A stretch of DNA of 64,000 nucleotides from Geosiphon pyriformis uo1 (taxonomy: Eukaryota > Fungi > Glomeromycota). This document shows, piece after piece, positions 1 to 13,760 of the stretch. The notes beneath the pieces were generated by a model that had not been told where the DNA came from, made no database searches, and saw only the letters and a list, made by a program, of their open reading frames with translations. The position numbers and the translations under genes were made by a program. Position 1 is the stretch's first letter, and each line of letters begins with the position of its first letter. The DNA is taken from NCBI GenBank assembly GCA_016748015.1, contig JAAOMT010000301.1, positions 248,001 to 312,000 on the forward strand, read 5' to 3'.

Positions 1-439
1 ATGTCTGAATATATTAATAATCAATAATATCTTTTTCTGGTTCTTTTCATGATTGCTTCTTTATGAAAATGTCTTGCTGTTAGATCTAAATGTATGTTGT
101 ATAGTATTGTTTTTTTCTCTGATTCTGTGATTACTTTGAGTGGTTAATTTGAATCTTTTCTGTTTTTCTGATATAATATATTTTGGTGGATAATAAAATA
201 TTTGGATTGTTGTTTTATGTTGTTTTGTTTCTTTGGAGATAATTTTTTCTTGAACTGCTGGGTATTAATATAATATTGGAATTGTTGATATTTTTGTGTA
301 TTTATCTTTTGTTATATTTTTGGATTAGAATGTTCTTAAATTTGTCTTATTTATAACAAACTATTGGCATTTCTATTTTTTTTTCTTTTTTAATAGTGTA
401 CTGTATATTTAAATAGTAAAAGTTCTATTTTTTATCTAA

Positions 440-1650
440 TATGATAGTCATCTCCAAATTTTTGTTTCTGAATTGATGTCAATTTTTTGTGATCAGTATA
501 GATGTCAAATTTCTGGCTTAAGTATTTTTTCTATTTTATGACTGCCCAATAGATAGCTAAGTGTTTTAATGCTGGTGTTTCATAGTTCTTTTTAGCTGAA
601 CTTAAACTTTGACTGACATATGCTATTGGATGTTCTCATCTATCTTGTCCTCTCTAAGATAGTACAGCTTCCAATACTTGACCAGATGCATTGGTGGTAA
701 TAATAAATAGCTTGCTGTGATCTGAATAGATCAATACTGGTACTTGGATAAGCTTTCTTCTTAAAGTGTCAAAAGCTTTTTGTTGCACTTTATTTCATTT
801 ATATTTCACATTCTTGGCTTAAAGCTGGTGAAGTGGTTGAGCCAGTTTGGAAAAGTTTTGGATAAAATAGCAATAATATCCAGTAAATTCCAAAAATGCT
901 CATAGTTTCAGCACATTTATTGATATTGGAAAGTTTTTGACAATCTCAATCTTGTCTGGATCTGTTTTGATGCTGTCTTTGCCCATAACATGTCCTAGAA
1001 ATTTCAATTCTGTTTTGCCAAAAAAACACTTGGTTGTATTCAGTTTCAATTTTGCTTTTCTTAACCTCTTGAATACTTGCTAGAGATAATATAAATGATC
1101 ATCAAATATTTTTAAGAATACATTGGTGTCATCCAAATATACAATTATTAATTTCTATAACAGTCTAGTATAAACAATTTCTATAAATTATTGGAAAGTG
1201 GCTGGAGTATTGGTTAAGCCAAATAACATCACTTCAAACTCGAAATTTTTTTCTCTGATTGTAAAAGTAGTTTTTTTTTTATTTTCTAGTTTTATGGCTA
1301 CTTGCCAGTAACTATTATCTAAGTCTAATATGGAAAACTATTTTTTTTCTCCAAAAGCATTAAATAATTCTTGGATTTGTGGAATGGAGTAGCTGTTTTC
1401 ATGAGTTATACTATTGAATTTCTATAATCCACACAAAAGTGAATTTTTCTATTCTTCTTATGGACTAGTATCACTAGTGATAACCATAGATTCATTAATG
1501 GTTAAATTAACCTGTTGTCCAACATTTTGTTAATTTTTTATTGGATTATCTTATAACTTGCTAATGGTACTCTGTATGCTTTTTGCTTAATTGGCATTGC
1601 ATCTTCAGTCTTGATTTGGTGCTGAATAATGTCAGTTCAGCCAAATTTAT
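440..1650 (-). pseudogene. Gypsy reverse transcriptase and RNase H (fragmented)
   Basis: VMLFGLTNTPATFQ, VYLDDT, FLGHVMGKD, AFLEFTGYY, LFIITTNASG, HPIAYVSQSL motifs interrupted by stops and frameshifts. Confidence 0.88.
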
Positions 1651-2026
1651 TTTTATTAACAAAGATATCAGTAAAATTGTTAAGTAATATTTTGAGTTGT
1701 ATTTGTTAAAGTAAGTCTAAGTTTCTTAAGTTTATTTGTTTCAATTGTTCTGGTTGGAGCAAATAGCATTTTTCTTGTCCATATATTATTTGTAATATAA
1801 TATTCACATATTTACACAGTTGTGGAAAATCTGGAATGGTGTTTGGTGATTGGTTTTCAACTTTGATGTTTAAGTATCCAATAATGATTTCTTTTGATAC
1901 TTTAATAACATTTCTAGTTGTGTTGTGAATGGAAATTTTTATGTGTTTTAGGCTTTTGGCTAGTATGTAAAAATTGGTAAATTCAATCTTTTTTAATTCA
2001 CAAATTGTAGTTTCTACTTCAAAAAT

Positions 2027-2560
2027 TTACACTTGATTCTTTATTTTTTTTTCTATAATTAATATGTACTGGTTATATGGTGGAATAGAAATTGATTGAC
2101 AGGTGAAAATAATTTCTCTCTTGTTAATAACTTTTTCCTCTGCTATATTAATTGGTACATTTATTCTACTCATGGATTCAAATTCACTAATCTCTCTTGT
2201 TGTTATTCCTAATTTTTCCCTTTTTCCTACTAATATTAACTGAATTATTTTAACCAGAAGTAGGAATATTGCCTGTGCTATCTTTTTATTTGGTTCAATG
2301 ATATATTCTTTTTCTAAGTTATTTTGTAGCATTGCAATAATATTTTCTATATATCCTGCATCAATTATTTTTTTTCTTATATTAATTCCTTTTTTTGCTA
2401 AACTACTTTTAAATACTAGTTGAATTATTATTGTTGCTAGAATTTCTAGTGCTATTTTCCGATCAATACATGTATGCAAATGTGATTCCAATTTGATGGC
2501 ATCTTTTTTGGGATATCTTAAGTCAAACTCTGCATCAGTATCATGTGCACATTCTGGCAT
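2027..2560 (-). pseudogene. dUTPase domain within the Gypsy pol region
   Basis: Trimeric dUTPase motifs: (A)EFDL = AGFDL, KSSLAKKG = RSSLA..G, KKIIDAGY = GGIIDAGY, IAQAIF. Confidence 0.85.
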
Positions 2561-3758
2561 AATATCTTCATTATTATTACTAAACTATTTTAGTTTCTGC
2601 TCTTTAAAAAGATTAAAAAACATGATGTATTGTTTTGGGTTTAAATTTGAATACAAATTGTTGTTATTAGTGTTGTTATTTTAAATTAAGCTGGAACCAT
2701 TGTTTTTGTTATCATCATCAGAGTTTGAATTGGAATTGAATTTTGATTTTGATTCTGATATACAGCTGCTGATTGGTTCTTTTTCTTTTGGAATCATGTA
2801 GATTATGTATGATAGTAGATTGTAAATAAGATCACACTCATTACAATATTGAAAATCACATAGAATCAAACAGTAGTCACATAGTTGGATGTTTAGTTGT
2901 TCTAAATGTTGCTCTTGCTTTTTCCTAGTGAATGCTAAGTCTTAATAATATTCATAAAATTGTTTTGGATTCATAGTATTAAAGACAATATTGGAGTTTG
3001 GAGTCTAATTAAGTTCTATGCGTTCTGGTGGCTTATTTTTGATTTCTCATATTTTTTTTTAATGCATCTTTAATTTTAGCAAGAGCTATTTTCCATATTT
3101 TATCATTATTGTGTAGACAACCATCCAGATGTTTTACAGCTTTTCTTTAGGCAATATCTATAAGTATTTTTTTCTTTACCCAATCACTAATTAAAATCAT
3201 GTATTGACATGATTTGTTGTATGTTTCTCTATAACTAGAAATGTCATTCCACATTCCTTCATTTAAAAGAGTTTCTTTACAAGCAAGATATGGTTTATTG
3301 TCCCATTTTCCTTGTCTTTTTGGTCATTTAAAGCATTCAAGAATACATGAGCAGCAGTAGTATTTGGTTGCCATTGGCCATTCTTTATTGTTGTTATAAC
3401 ATGTGTCTATTGTCAACAATTTTTTATCACAATCAACACAAATTAGTTTGGGTCAATGATAATTTAACTGTAGTTGAGTGGTAATAGTATTTGAAGTATA
3501 TGTGAAGGTAGTTGCTTGGATTTCTTCTTCTTTTTCTTTTTCTTTCACTTTTTCTTTCTCTTTTCATGTAGGTACTGATAGTAATTTGTTGTGTTCTTTT
3601 TTGGCCCATAATATCTAATACATTTTTCAAGTAGGTTTTTTTTCTTTTTCCTCTAACTTGATTAGTGGCTATTTATTGGTAGTAGTCTTGAAATAACCAC
3701 AAGTGGCTGGTACTTGAATATGGCAGCCATTTTGACTGAATTGTAGTTCTTGAGTGTT

Positions 3759-4220
3759 CTAGTTGAATACTACATTAGTTTTGAACAGCCAGTCATTACC
3801 AACAAGGGCTTGATATTGTGTAACTTCTATGACAAGAACTTTTATAGGCATAATTATGCTACTAATTTCAAATAAAAAGTTGTCAATTTCACTAATGAGC
3901 ATTTTTGTTGTTTTATTAGTGGTAATAATTCTGGTGCTGGCAACATGATCAACTTGGCAACCTAATTGGTTCATGAGTTGTTGTGTAATAATGCTGCCAG
4001 CTAATCCACTGTTTAGGATTAGTTTAATGAACTGTCTATTAACTTTAGCATTAGTGTACATTGTGGTAATGAGTTTAGTATTAAGGACAGTTCTACTAAA
4101 TAAAGATGTTGTTTTTGGCTCTTTTAGTTTAAAGGGAAATATTGCAGCTAATGATTTATCATTGATAACAGTTGTTGATAGAATGTTGTTGGTAAGTATT
4201 TGTTTTTGGTTGGATTTCAA
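3759..4220 (-). pseudogene. Retroviral-type aspartic protease domain of the Gypsy element (inactivated)
   Basis: IKLILNSGLAGSIIT matches the D-S-G catalytic motif with D>N, and ALVGNDWL matches the C-terminal motif of retropepsins. Confidence 0.85.
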
Positions 4221-6796
4221 ATGGTTAGATGTGGTGTCTTTTGGGTTAATCAGGAGACTTAAATACCTCTAAGAATTCAGGTTTTGGGTGTATTCAGTTT
4301 CTAAACTCTGCTGGCATAATTCTAATGGTTGATTTGAGAAGCTTGAAATTGGCTAATGAACAACCATTGCTGATTTCCAATTCTGGATTACTTTTGGTCT
4401 TTGATTTCTAGGTTTTATTTGAACTGCAATTTGTGATAGTGTTTGAAGTTGTTGAGATTGATAGATGATTTGTGGTTATGTTTAATATATTACAGATGTC
4501 AGAGTTTGATATATGGGAGGTGAGTATATTTATTGTGTTATGGATGGGTAATAATGTTAATAGTAATCTTAATTTGGCTGATAATTTGGAGTTTGAAACT
4601 GGTGATTGGAGTTTTAATATTGATTTTCTGATCATGAATTTCCATTATAACAGCAGTCAATTCTGATGTAATCTTGTTTACCATAATTGTGGCAGATACA
4701 TGTTTCTGGCTGTCATGGTTGATTGGTTAATGATAAAGAACATAACTGATTTTAGAAATGATTTGAATTTTCTTGATTATTGTGTTATTGTAAAGGTTAA
4801 TAAATAGCCTGATTATTAGCTAAGTATCTCTTTAATTTTTGATTAATTGAATTACTAAATTGTTTCAATTTGGAATTCAATTCAGATGATCCATTTATCA
4901 CTAAATTTATGGCTTGGGCATAGTTGACTTCAAGTTTAGCTAATTCAAAGTCTTTGACATGAGTGACTGTAGCTTGAAGTGTGACTGAATATAATGGATA
5001 CACATATTATAGAATGCTTCTACATAATCTATAAATGAACTGATTCAAGATTTGGGCTATTGTGAAGTAATTGGCATTGATGACTTAAATTTGGCATAGG
5101 TTTCTGTGAAAGCATCCTAAGTAAGTAGTAACAGCTTCAGTATTTCTTTGTTTAATGTTAGTAAAAGCAGTAGCTAGACAATTAATGCTGTTATTATTGC
5201 TAAAATATCTTAAAAATTCTAGTTTGAATGCATTAAACATTTGGGGTTTCTGGGCCAAGCTTTAATATCATAAGTTTGCAGTATCTTGTAAGAAATATGG
5301 AATCACTTGAAAGACTCTGATGTTATCTCAATTATTAACCATGATTGCTTTAACAATGTCATTTATCTAAGCTTGGATGTTGTCTTCTTTACTGGTGAAT
5401 TTTTCAAGTTTCACAATTAGGACAAATATCATTAGAGTAATTATAAGTTGTTGTGATGGGTTTGGTTGTTGCTAAGCTGGTAGTTGTGGCTGTTGTTGTT
5501 GCTGTTTGGCAATTGGTGAAACTGGTAATAAATCAATCATGATTACTAAAAGTAAGTTTTATTGATTAATCATATTGGGGTTTAGATTGTTCTGATTTTG
5601 CTGAGTTGTAATAATTGGAGTTTAAATTTCTAGGTTTTTTGAGATCAGGTTTTGATAATTTAATTCTTGATTGTTATTTTCCTTTTCCTCTAATTTTGTT
5701 ACTTCTTAAGGACTTGTGGTTCCGAAATCTGGCTAATATAGTAGTAATCAAAATTTTGATAATATTGGTGATTGTAAATTAAATTCTTCAAAATAATTAC
5801 TATAAGTTCTCAATAATTTTGCTTTCTTTTGTTTACTTTAAAATGGAAGTTGGACTGATGCTGTTTTTGCATTTGAAGTGGATGCGTCTGCTGACAAAAT
5901 GTTGATGGCACTTCTAAATATATAGTAATATGAAAAATTGGTTGGTAATTCAACTTTTGTTTTCTTCTAAGTTGGTGGTTGTATTTTCTGAGATGTTACT
6001 GCTGGTGTTTGTAGTTTTTTTTTGCTCTTGTTTACATAGATAATTGGATATCTTTGTTGAGTGTGATTTTTAATTTCTCTATTGATTTCAGTAATAATGG
6101 ATGCAAAATTATGATTTACTGCTTGGCTGGTGTTTTAAATTAATTCATTGTAAAAATTTTCTCTTGCTAATTTGATATTTACTGGTGTTCTTAGAAAATA
6201 AAAAATTTTTTTGTTAACATAGAAATTAAAGACTGATTCTGCTGATAAGTAATTGCTAGTTAATCTCATGTGTTAACAGTAATATTGAAATAAAAATTTG
6301 GTGAATTCTAAATGGTTTATCTCTATTCTTTCTGATTTTGCTACTTTTGGATAGTTGTTATTGGTACTAGTTCTCTGTAAGATTATACCTTACAAAAAGC
6401 ATCAAATGTTATAAAAGCTTATTTGGGATCTTAAATTAAATAACAAACTTATAACTTGGTATTCAATAGCTATTATGATTGGTGGTATCTGAAAATTTGG
6501 ATGATCTAAAGGTTTTTGTGAAGTCTTTTGTATAATGAACAGAAATTTAAGTATTGTTTTTATTTGTTGCTTTCTGGAATCACAATTCCATCGAATTTCT
6601 TTCTTAGCATAATGGCTGGTAATTCTTTTGATAAGCTATCTTCAATCCTTGAGTGTTTTATTCTTATTCCTGGGTCTTTTACCAATCACTTTGATGTTGA
6701 TAACTTTATGTATTTAATTTTTAATCAATTAGTAAATAATAACAAAACAAAAAAAGAAATAAAGAAATAAGCCAAAACAAGAAAAAGTTAGTATTC

Positions 6797-7261
6797 TGTT
6801 AATAGCCATAATCAAAAGCTATTGTTTTAATGTAATCAAGTATTGAATACTATTAACATGAAGTGTTAATAGTGAGAAGAGTAATTTAGATAGATAATAA
6901 TTATTTTATTAATATTGATAATTTTAACTAAGATGTCTAAACAGAGTGGTCTTGTTATTAATTCTAGCTGGAAATTCTGTTTTTACTGCTTCTAATGCTC
7001 TTGTTATATATACATAATTTTGAGTTTTATGAGATTGTTTACATTTCCAAACAATGTACTATAATTTCTCAAGCAATGCTTATATTACTGAGCAATGTGT
7101 TATGATTTTTTGACATTGCTCCATATTGTTAAACAATATGTTGTAATTCTTGACAATGCTCTATATTGCTAAACAATGTACTTATATGTTAACTACTATT
7201 CTTTTATTAATCTATTTGTTTTCTTACTATTTTTTTGTATGTTTTTTTATGAGTAACAACA
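6797..7261 (-). repeat. Putative 5' LTR of the Gypsy element
   Basis: Minus strand begins TGTTG (7261) and ends TAACA (6797; alternative end 6864). It has ~40-bp tandem units at 7050-7182, a TATATATAA at ~7004-7012 and AATAAA at ~6904. The partner LTR is outside the window. Confidence 0.6.
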
Positions 7262-7712
7262 TGATAAGTTTTTTAAATATCAAATCTAATAGTAAATTAT
7301 TGATTACTAATTTGGTTTGAAGTTTTACTAAAGATCACAAATCTATTATATGGTTGTTAATCACTAAATTTAAGATGCATTATAAGGAACATAGTCTATT
7401 ATTATATAATAGATCTGTAATTCTGGTCTTTTTGGTTTAACATTCTTGTAGTCTTTTAAAATAATTTATGATTTTGGTGTCGAATTGAGTATTTATGTTT
7501 GCTTTGGTTTACATTTTTGTTTGGTCTGCATTTATTTTAATTTTTTATGTAACTTCTTTGTAGTAGATAAATTAGATATATAGTATTATTTTAATTAGCT
7601 TGAATAACTAGTTATATGTAGAAAAAACATAAGCCATATTTAATATAAAATTTTATAAGATTATATAAATTTAGGTAATAATTAAGCTGTATTTATTAAA
7701 TAAAAAAAAATA
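7262..7712 (+). mobile_element. 3' end of a LINE (ORF2 C-terminus, shared 3' tail, A-tract) abutting the Gypsy LTR
   Basis: Decayed ORF2 C-terminal coding, then a degenerate copy of the shared tail (tatatagtattattttaattagcttgaataactagttatatgtagaaaa...) and a poly(A). Probably a LINE interrupted by the Gypsy insertion. Confidence 0.6.
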
Positions 7713-10700
7713 AAAATAAAAATTTTAAATAATTTAATAATTAAATATAATATTTATTTATTTATATACTTTATAATTTTTAATTCAATTTAACAAGTAT
7801 GGTCCAATTACTGTCTAGAAATATATAACATATATATTATAAACTAAATACAATTTATGTACTTACTATATATAACCAGCCACTCAATTAATCAAGATTA
7901 CACTACAAACCAATTATTATTACAATATTATCTTCTAAATCTGAAAAAAATAAGTATTTAGAACACATACCAAAGTACATATCTCTATTTTTCTCTATAT
8001 TAAGCAATACAATTACCTTATTATTCAAATTATTTATATATTATAAAGTATCATATTATTATTGACAATTATTATATTTTTTTTTATATTGGTTCTGTAT
8101 TCAGATTTCTAACTACAAAATTCAGATTTATAGATTAATGTTAAGTTTTTTATAAATTTTACTACTTGTAAACCAGCCAATTCAGAATTGTTAAACATAG
8201 TTAGAACTTTACTGTACCAACTTTTGGGCATAAAATCTTTTATTAGAGTAGAATACAAGTTAATATTCTATACATAAAAAGACAAATCTCAAAGAATTAT
8301 AAAAAAAAACAACAATATTTGATAATAATATTCATTATATTTCTAACTTAACCAAAATTTTACTGCAAACAGTATTATTATAAGAGTACTTAAAAACATA
8401 ATCAAAAGTTTCAATCTTATTGCAAAATAAACACTTTATACTTGAATATAATATGTTGTAAAAACACTTTTTAATAGTTATCAGCAGATGTTTATGTAAA
8501 GTCTTTATAAGATAAGTTCTCAAAACAATTAATAAGCAGCTTGTAAAGCCAGAAGTCATATGCTCATTAAGATGTCAAACTTCTAAAGTCTTTTTTTAAT
8601 TTATCTTATTAATATTACAAATATTTTTTACTTTGAATTCAGATCTGTTTTTTTATTTAATACAATTTACAACCCTATAGAAATCTTTAATATAATAACA
8701 AATATTGCAGAACAAAGTCATGTTATTTATACATATAAAATTCTTATAGACTACAGTAGGAAAGACAAAATTAAAGAAACAAATATCAGAAATAAATGTA
8801 TCAGCACATTTATTCTCTATAACACCAGCATAGTCTTTAACCTTAATCCAAAATATTGAAAGTAATTTTTCTTTGATAAAATTTATTATCTGTTACTATT
8901 TTATCTACAATTTATTTATATAAACATTAATAACAGTTTAACTATCTAAATAAACAATTATATTACTCTTTATAGAAATACAAATAAGCATAAGAAAAAT
9001 AGTCTTGAACTTAAACAAAATTAATAATATAATATCAAAAATTTTAATCTCAATATCAAAATTAATATCAAAAAAATAAGCAGCAGTTTCTTTAACAACC
9101 AAAGTTAAACCAAAATATTTTACAGATCTATTTGTATAAACATTAATGTCTTACTAAAAAATTGAAAAGTATTTGACAGAGTATTAGAAAAAAATAAGCC
9201 ACAAAATAAAAAAATTTTCATAATTCCAGCCAAAAAATTATTCATAAAACTAGTATTTAATCTAACAAAATAACATAAAAAATGCACTGATAATTAGCTA
9301 AAAATCTGTAAATCCATATACTAATAAATAAAAAGCCACCTTAAGACACTAAAAACATTGGCAAAACTCAGAACAAAAAATAATTTATTTTTAACTTATA
9401 CTTGACCAAAAATTTATATGTTATAGAGAAATAAGTACAATAATATGTTTATAGAAAAATCACATAAAAAATTTGCTTTAAGCTTTAGATTTTTTTTGAT
9501 CATAGTATCTTACTTAGTGCAAATACTTTTAGGAATATAATTAAATTATATCTTGTAACTAATAATAAACTACAAAACCAAGAAAACCAAATAATAAAAC
9601 TGCTTATCAGAAATAGCTTTGTATAAGACCACTTTTGAAAAAAATTGAGCATTTAATTGTGCTTTGGCTAAACTAAGCTTTGACAGTTTTCTATTAACAA
9701 AAATATACTTAAGTATTAATAGGATTTATTTTTCTTAGCTATTACAATCAGTAAGCCAATAAACAAAAAAGCATTTTTAATTTTTTGGTTAATAAGAATA
9801 ATAACAGTTTTTTTATTGTTTATAGAGATATTATTAATCACAAAAAATTTACTGATCTTATTCAAAATATACTGTGTAGTTACTTGACTATTACAAATGT
9901 CTTAGCAGCAAAATGAATAGTTATTTTGGCTTGAGTTTTTACTTTACCAGATTTTGTTACAAACTTTAAATTAATCTTATATCTACATAAATGTTTATGC
10001 TTTTTAATTTTACATAAAAAAGAGTCATAAAATTTTTTTTAAAGAAACAAAAAGAAAACTTTACTTTAATTAAGTCTATCTTATATCTTATAGCTATTTA
10101 AGAAGCCAAAATTCATTATTATTCTGTTGGTTTTGTTCAAGTAAATATTCTCAAAAAATTTAATGAATCTATTATACATCTTAATATGTTTTAGACTAAC
10201 TTTCAAATAATGCTATCCAATTAAATTATATGTTTTATACATATTTTAAAGAACTAATCAGAGCTTTTAATTCTTTTCTAAAGTATTTTCAACTATTAAA
10301 TTAATAGCAAAAATAGAAAACTAAGTTATAGTATTTTTCAAAACTAAAAAATTGTTATCTTAGAGAATATTAAATTTACTATAAGTTGATAAAATATAAT
10401 CTAACAAAATCTTAAACAAAATTTTTTTTGCTATTTTAATTAATACAATAAGTTACATATTCATGAGAATTTTATCTTATTTATATAACTTAGAGATTAT
10501 TGAGATTCAAGCATTTTTTCAGAAAGCTGAAATATTATTATAAACTAAACAAGAGTTTAGCAAATTCAAAAAGCATTCTATTATTAAACTATTATAATAT
10601 TTCTAAAATTTATTTAAGATTTTTGAAAAACTGGTAACTTTGCTATTAGGCAGATTTTTAATTACCAAAGCCAAATTATTTATGCTAATTTTATTCATTA

Positions 10701-11789
10701 TATCAGAAAAAGAATTTTTTTTTATATAGCTTAAAAATGTGTATTAACAAAACCATAATTTTGGTATTACTATATGTATTTTCTATTTTTTTGTTTAATT
10801 TATTATGATTTTGTCTACTTTAAGCTTTATATTATTTAATTCTAAAACATTTTTTATTATACTTTTTTTATTTGTACCAAAATTTTTTATATTTTTTTTA
10901 ATTACTTTTTTAATAGATTTATTCTTAGTCAATTCTGTTTTACTATACTGAGATTTCTGATAACATCTTTTAATTACTGACAAATATTAAATAATTTTCA
11001 TAAAATTAGCATTTTTATTAACTAAACTAGTAATCTTAAAAGCTCATACATTATTAAGAACTAATTAAATCTTGACAATATATGTAAATTTTAGACTGTT
11101 GTCTAAGTTTAAGACCTTAATTATTTTAACAATTAATACTTTAAGTTTATAAAACTTAAAAGTTTGTTTAATTCTTAAATAATTAAATACACTAAACCAA
11201 TATTTAGAAAAAATCAAATTTATTAAGTCAGCTATTATTATCCTCAATATTTTTCACATAAAATTCAGATTTCCAAAATCTTTTGTATTTATAAATTTAT
11301 TCAGCAATATTAATATTTTGACAAAAGAACATTCTTTAAAATAAATCTATTTAGCAACATCCAAATTTTTGATTTTGAATTTCCAATAGTTTTTGTTAAC
11401 TTGCTTTTAAATTGTGTTTAAGTATTTATTTAAAAAACCATCTAGATTAAAAAAAACTGAAACAATTATATAATTAGTATCAAAAAAATTTAATATGCTA
11501 TCATTACTTCAACTTATTACAGCCATTAATAGATAATTACTAACAAAAATATAATTAATAATTTTATTTATCTCTTTTGAATTACTCTATATTAGAAGTT
11601 TGAAGAAAAAATAATTTAAAAAGAGGTTAAGCAAATCTAAATTTGAATACTTTCTGAAACTTGTATTGTGTTTCATTCTATTTTTATTGAAATTACCACT
11701 CAATATTACATAAAAACTCAAATTAACAGCTTTAACAATATATAAATTTATTTTGCATGCTTGACCAAATTTTACACTAACTAAAATAC

Positions 11790-12503
11790 TATTATGATTA
11801 AAATTCATACTTTTTATTAATTATTACATGTATTAGCTACTAATGTTATATAATTAGCCACCCTATTTTTAGATAGTAATCATTAACCTAATTAATAATC
11901 TGATTATTGACTTAATTATTGATTTGATCATTGACTTAATCATTGATCTGATTATTGATTACTTTCAATAGCTATATAAGCAATAAATTTTTTAGCTGTA
12001 AAAATACATGATCAAAGTAACAAAATAAAATCCACTATTAATTACTTTCTCTTATATTGCTTATTCCTTTTTCTTTATTTTTAAGTATTTAAACATCTTA
12101 AAATAAAAAATTACTTATTAGTATTTACATATCTTATCTTTTTCCTTTCTTGATTTGTATTTGTTAGAATTAGCCTAAAAAATAATTGTTTGCTCTTGTG
12201 ATTTATTGAATAAAAAAATAATTAAAAAGCACAACAATACCTGTTATTGATTCTAAAAATTGCTGAATTAAAGCATAGAATAATAGCAGTAGTGTTATCT
12301 TGTTAACAATCATGAACTATTTCTCTACCTTTAAATTTTTAAAAAAGATTTGTGACTGTAATTTTTATAAAACTAATCACACATATTGAATCTTTACTCA
12401 TTTAATTCACTTTTTTATTGTAATTTTCTCTTTAATTATTTCTATTACTTTATAATTTTGTTCTCTTTTACTATCTGTTAGCTTATTATTCCAATCTGTA
12501 ATA
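11790..12503 (+). mobile_element. Solo LTR (~714 bp) inserted in the LINE endonuclease domain
   Basis: Termini TATTATGATT...AATCTGTAATA are transition-decayed TGTTACGA...GTAACA. Flanks atac/gtat are consistent with a decayed 4-bp TSD gcac splitting the LYAGAS codons. It has 7x12-bp tandem units at 11878-11961 followed by TATATAA. Confidence 0.6.
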
Positions 12504-13760
12504 GTATTAGTATATAAGTCCAAAATAATTACCAAAATTTTATTGGCAAAAAAAATCAGATAGAAATAAGATGGCCAGAAATTTCAAAAATTTTGTACAT
12601 ATATCAGGCAAATTATTATTTATTACTATTATTATTTCTGAATTCAAATAACTAATATTTAATTTAGAAACAAAAACTTTTAAATTTGGAAATTTATCTT
12701 TAATTTTAAGATTTAGTCTGTTTTTTTAGCTTTGTTTTAATAATAATAGAAACCAAATTGCTTGAATTCTTATGTTATCTAATGATATCTTTCTTTTTAG
12801 TTAAATTGTTTATTTTTCTAATATTACAAGTTGTAAACTTTTAAACAAAACTGGTTATTAATGTAAAAAGAGTGTTTAAAAGCCTAAATTAATACATAAC
12901 TGATTCAATTTATTTAAAATTAAACTAACAAAAACTTTAAGAACAATCAATTTAAATTTTAAACTCTTAATTTTGGTAATCAAAATCTTAAAACTGTTTA
13001 AATTTAAAACCAAAGCCTTAACTATTATTAATAAAGAAAAAAAAAGTAAAATTCATAAATCATCCAAAACTATATTCAAATTTGTGTGAAAAAATGACAT
13101 TAAATAAGTATTTGTAACCAGATTTAAAATTAAATCTAAACTTAAAACTAAAAAATCTATCAAAACAGAAAAAAAAACAGACATAAGAGATACCAAATAC
13201 ATACTATTTAGCTTGTATACAATTATTAATATCTGATTTGTTAACAACTTCAAAAAGCATTTTAAAAAAACCAGTTAATTATTAAAAGAAAATATGTTCT
13301 AAAAAACAGAAAGAATACTACCAAGATAAAAGTTATTAAAAAAAGAAGACTTGAAAAAAAAACCAAAATAAACATTAATAAAATTAACTATTAAAGAAAT
13401 TATCTGCATTCAAAATTTGCCACTAAAAGCAGCAAAATAGGCAATAAGAACATTTTTTTTTGCATAAAAATAAGCCAATTGAAAGCAATTTTTATTTAAA
13501 ACAAACTTCTTATAAACCTTTTTTGAAACAAAAACAGAAGAACCTAAAAAGTCATATTTAAGAGATGAATGTTCAAGACATTCATATTTCTTACAACAAA
13601 TTATATTTAATCTTGCCTAAGAGAATCTAATACCACCAAATATCAGTTCTGTATAAAAGGCAGATTTTAATTTCTCATTAGATTAAAAACCAATTACAAC
13701 ACAGTAAATCTTATTATTAATTTTAAATAACTAATTAATAATATAAGTTTTTTTATTAGC

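Larger units (their letters stand above)
1..7261 (-). mobile_element. Degenerate Ty3/Gypsy LTR retrotransposon (5' LTR-gag-PR-Cys-rich region-dUTPase-RT-RNase H-start of integrase); runs off the left edge
   Basis: Minus-strand remnants in Gypsy order: gag ~4660-5450 with decayed CCHC knuckle (CICHNYGKQDY), protease LILNSGLAGS, dUTPase, RT VYLDDTN (~1125-1142) and GHVMGKD..KTDPDKI, RNase H (HPIAYVSQSL..KNY), and integrase Zn-finger start (H-x6-HF..R.RYY) at 1-110. Many stops. Confidence 0.92.

Noticed and set aside
7050-11961. Short periodic repeats (40-bp and 12-bp) as possible CRISPR arrays
   Set aside because: Head-to-tail tandem units with no unique spacers, inside LTRs of a eukaryotic genome, no cas genes
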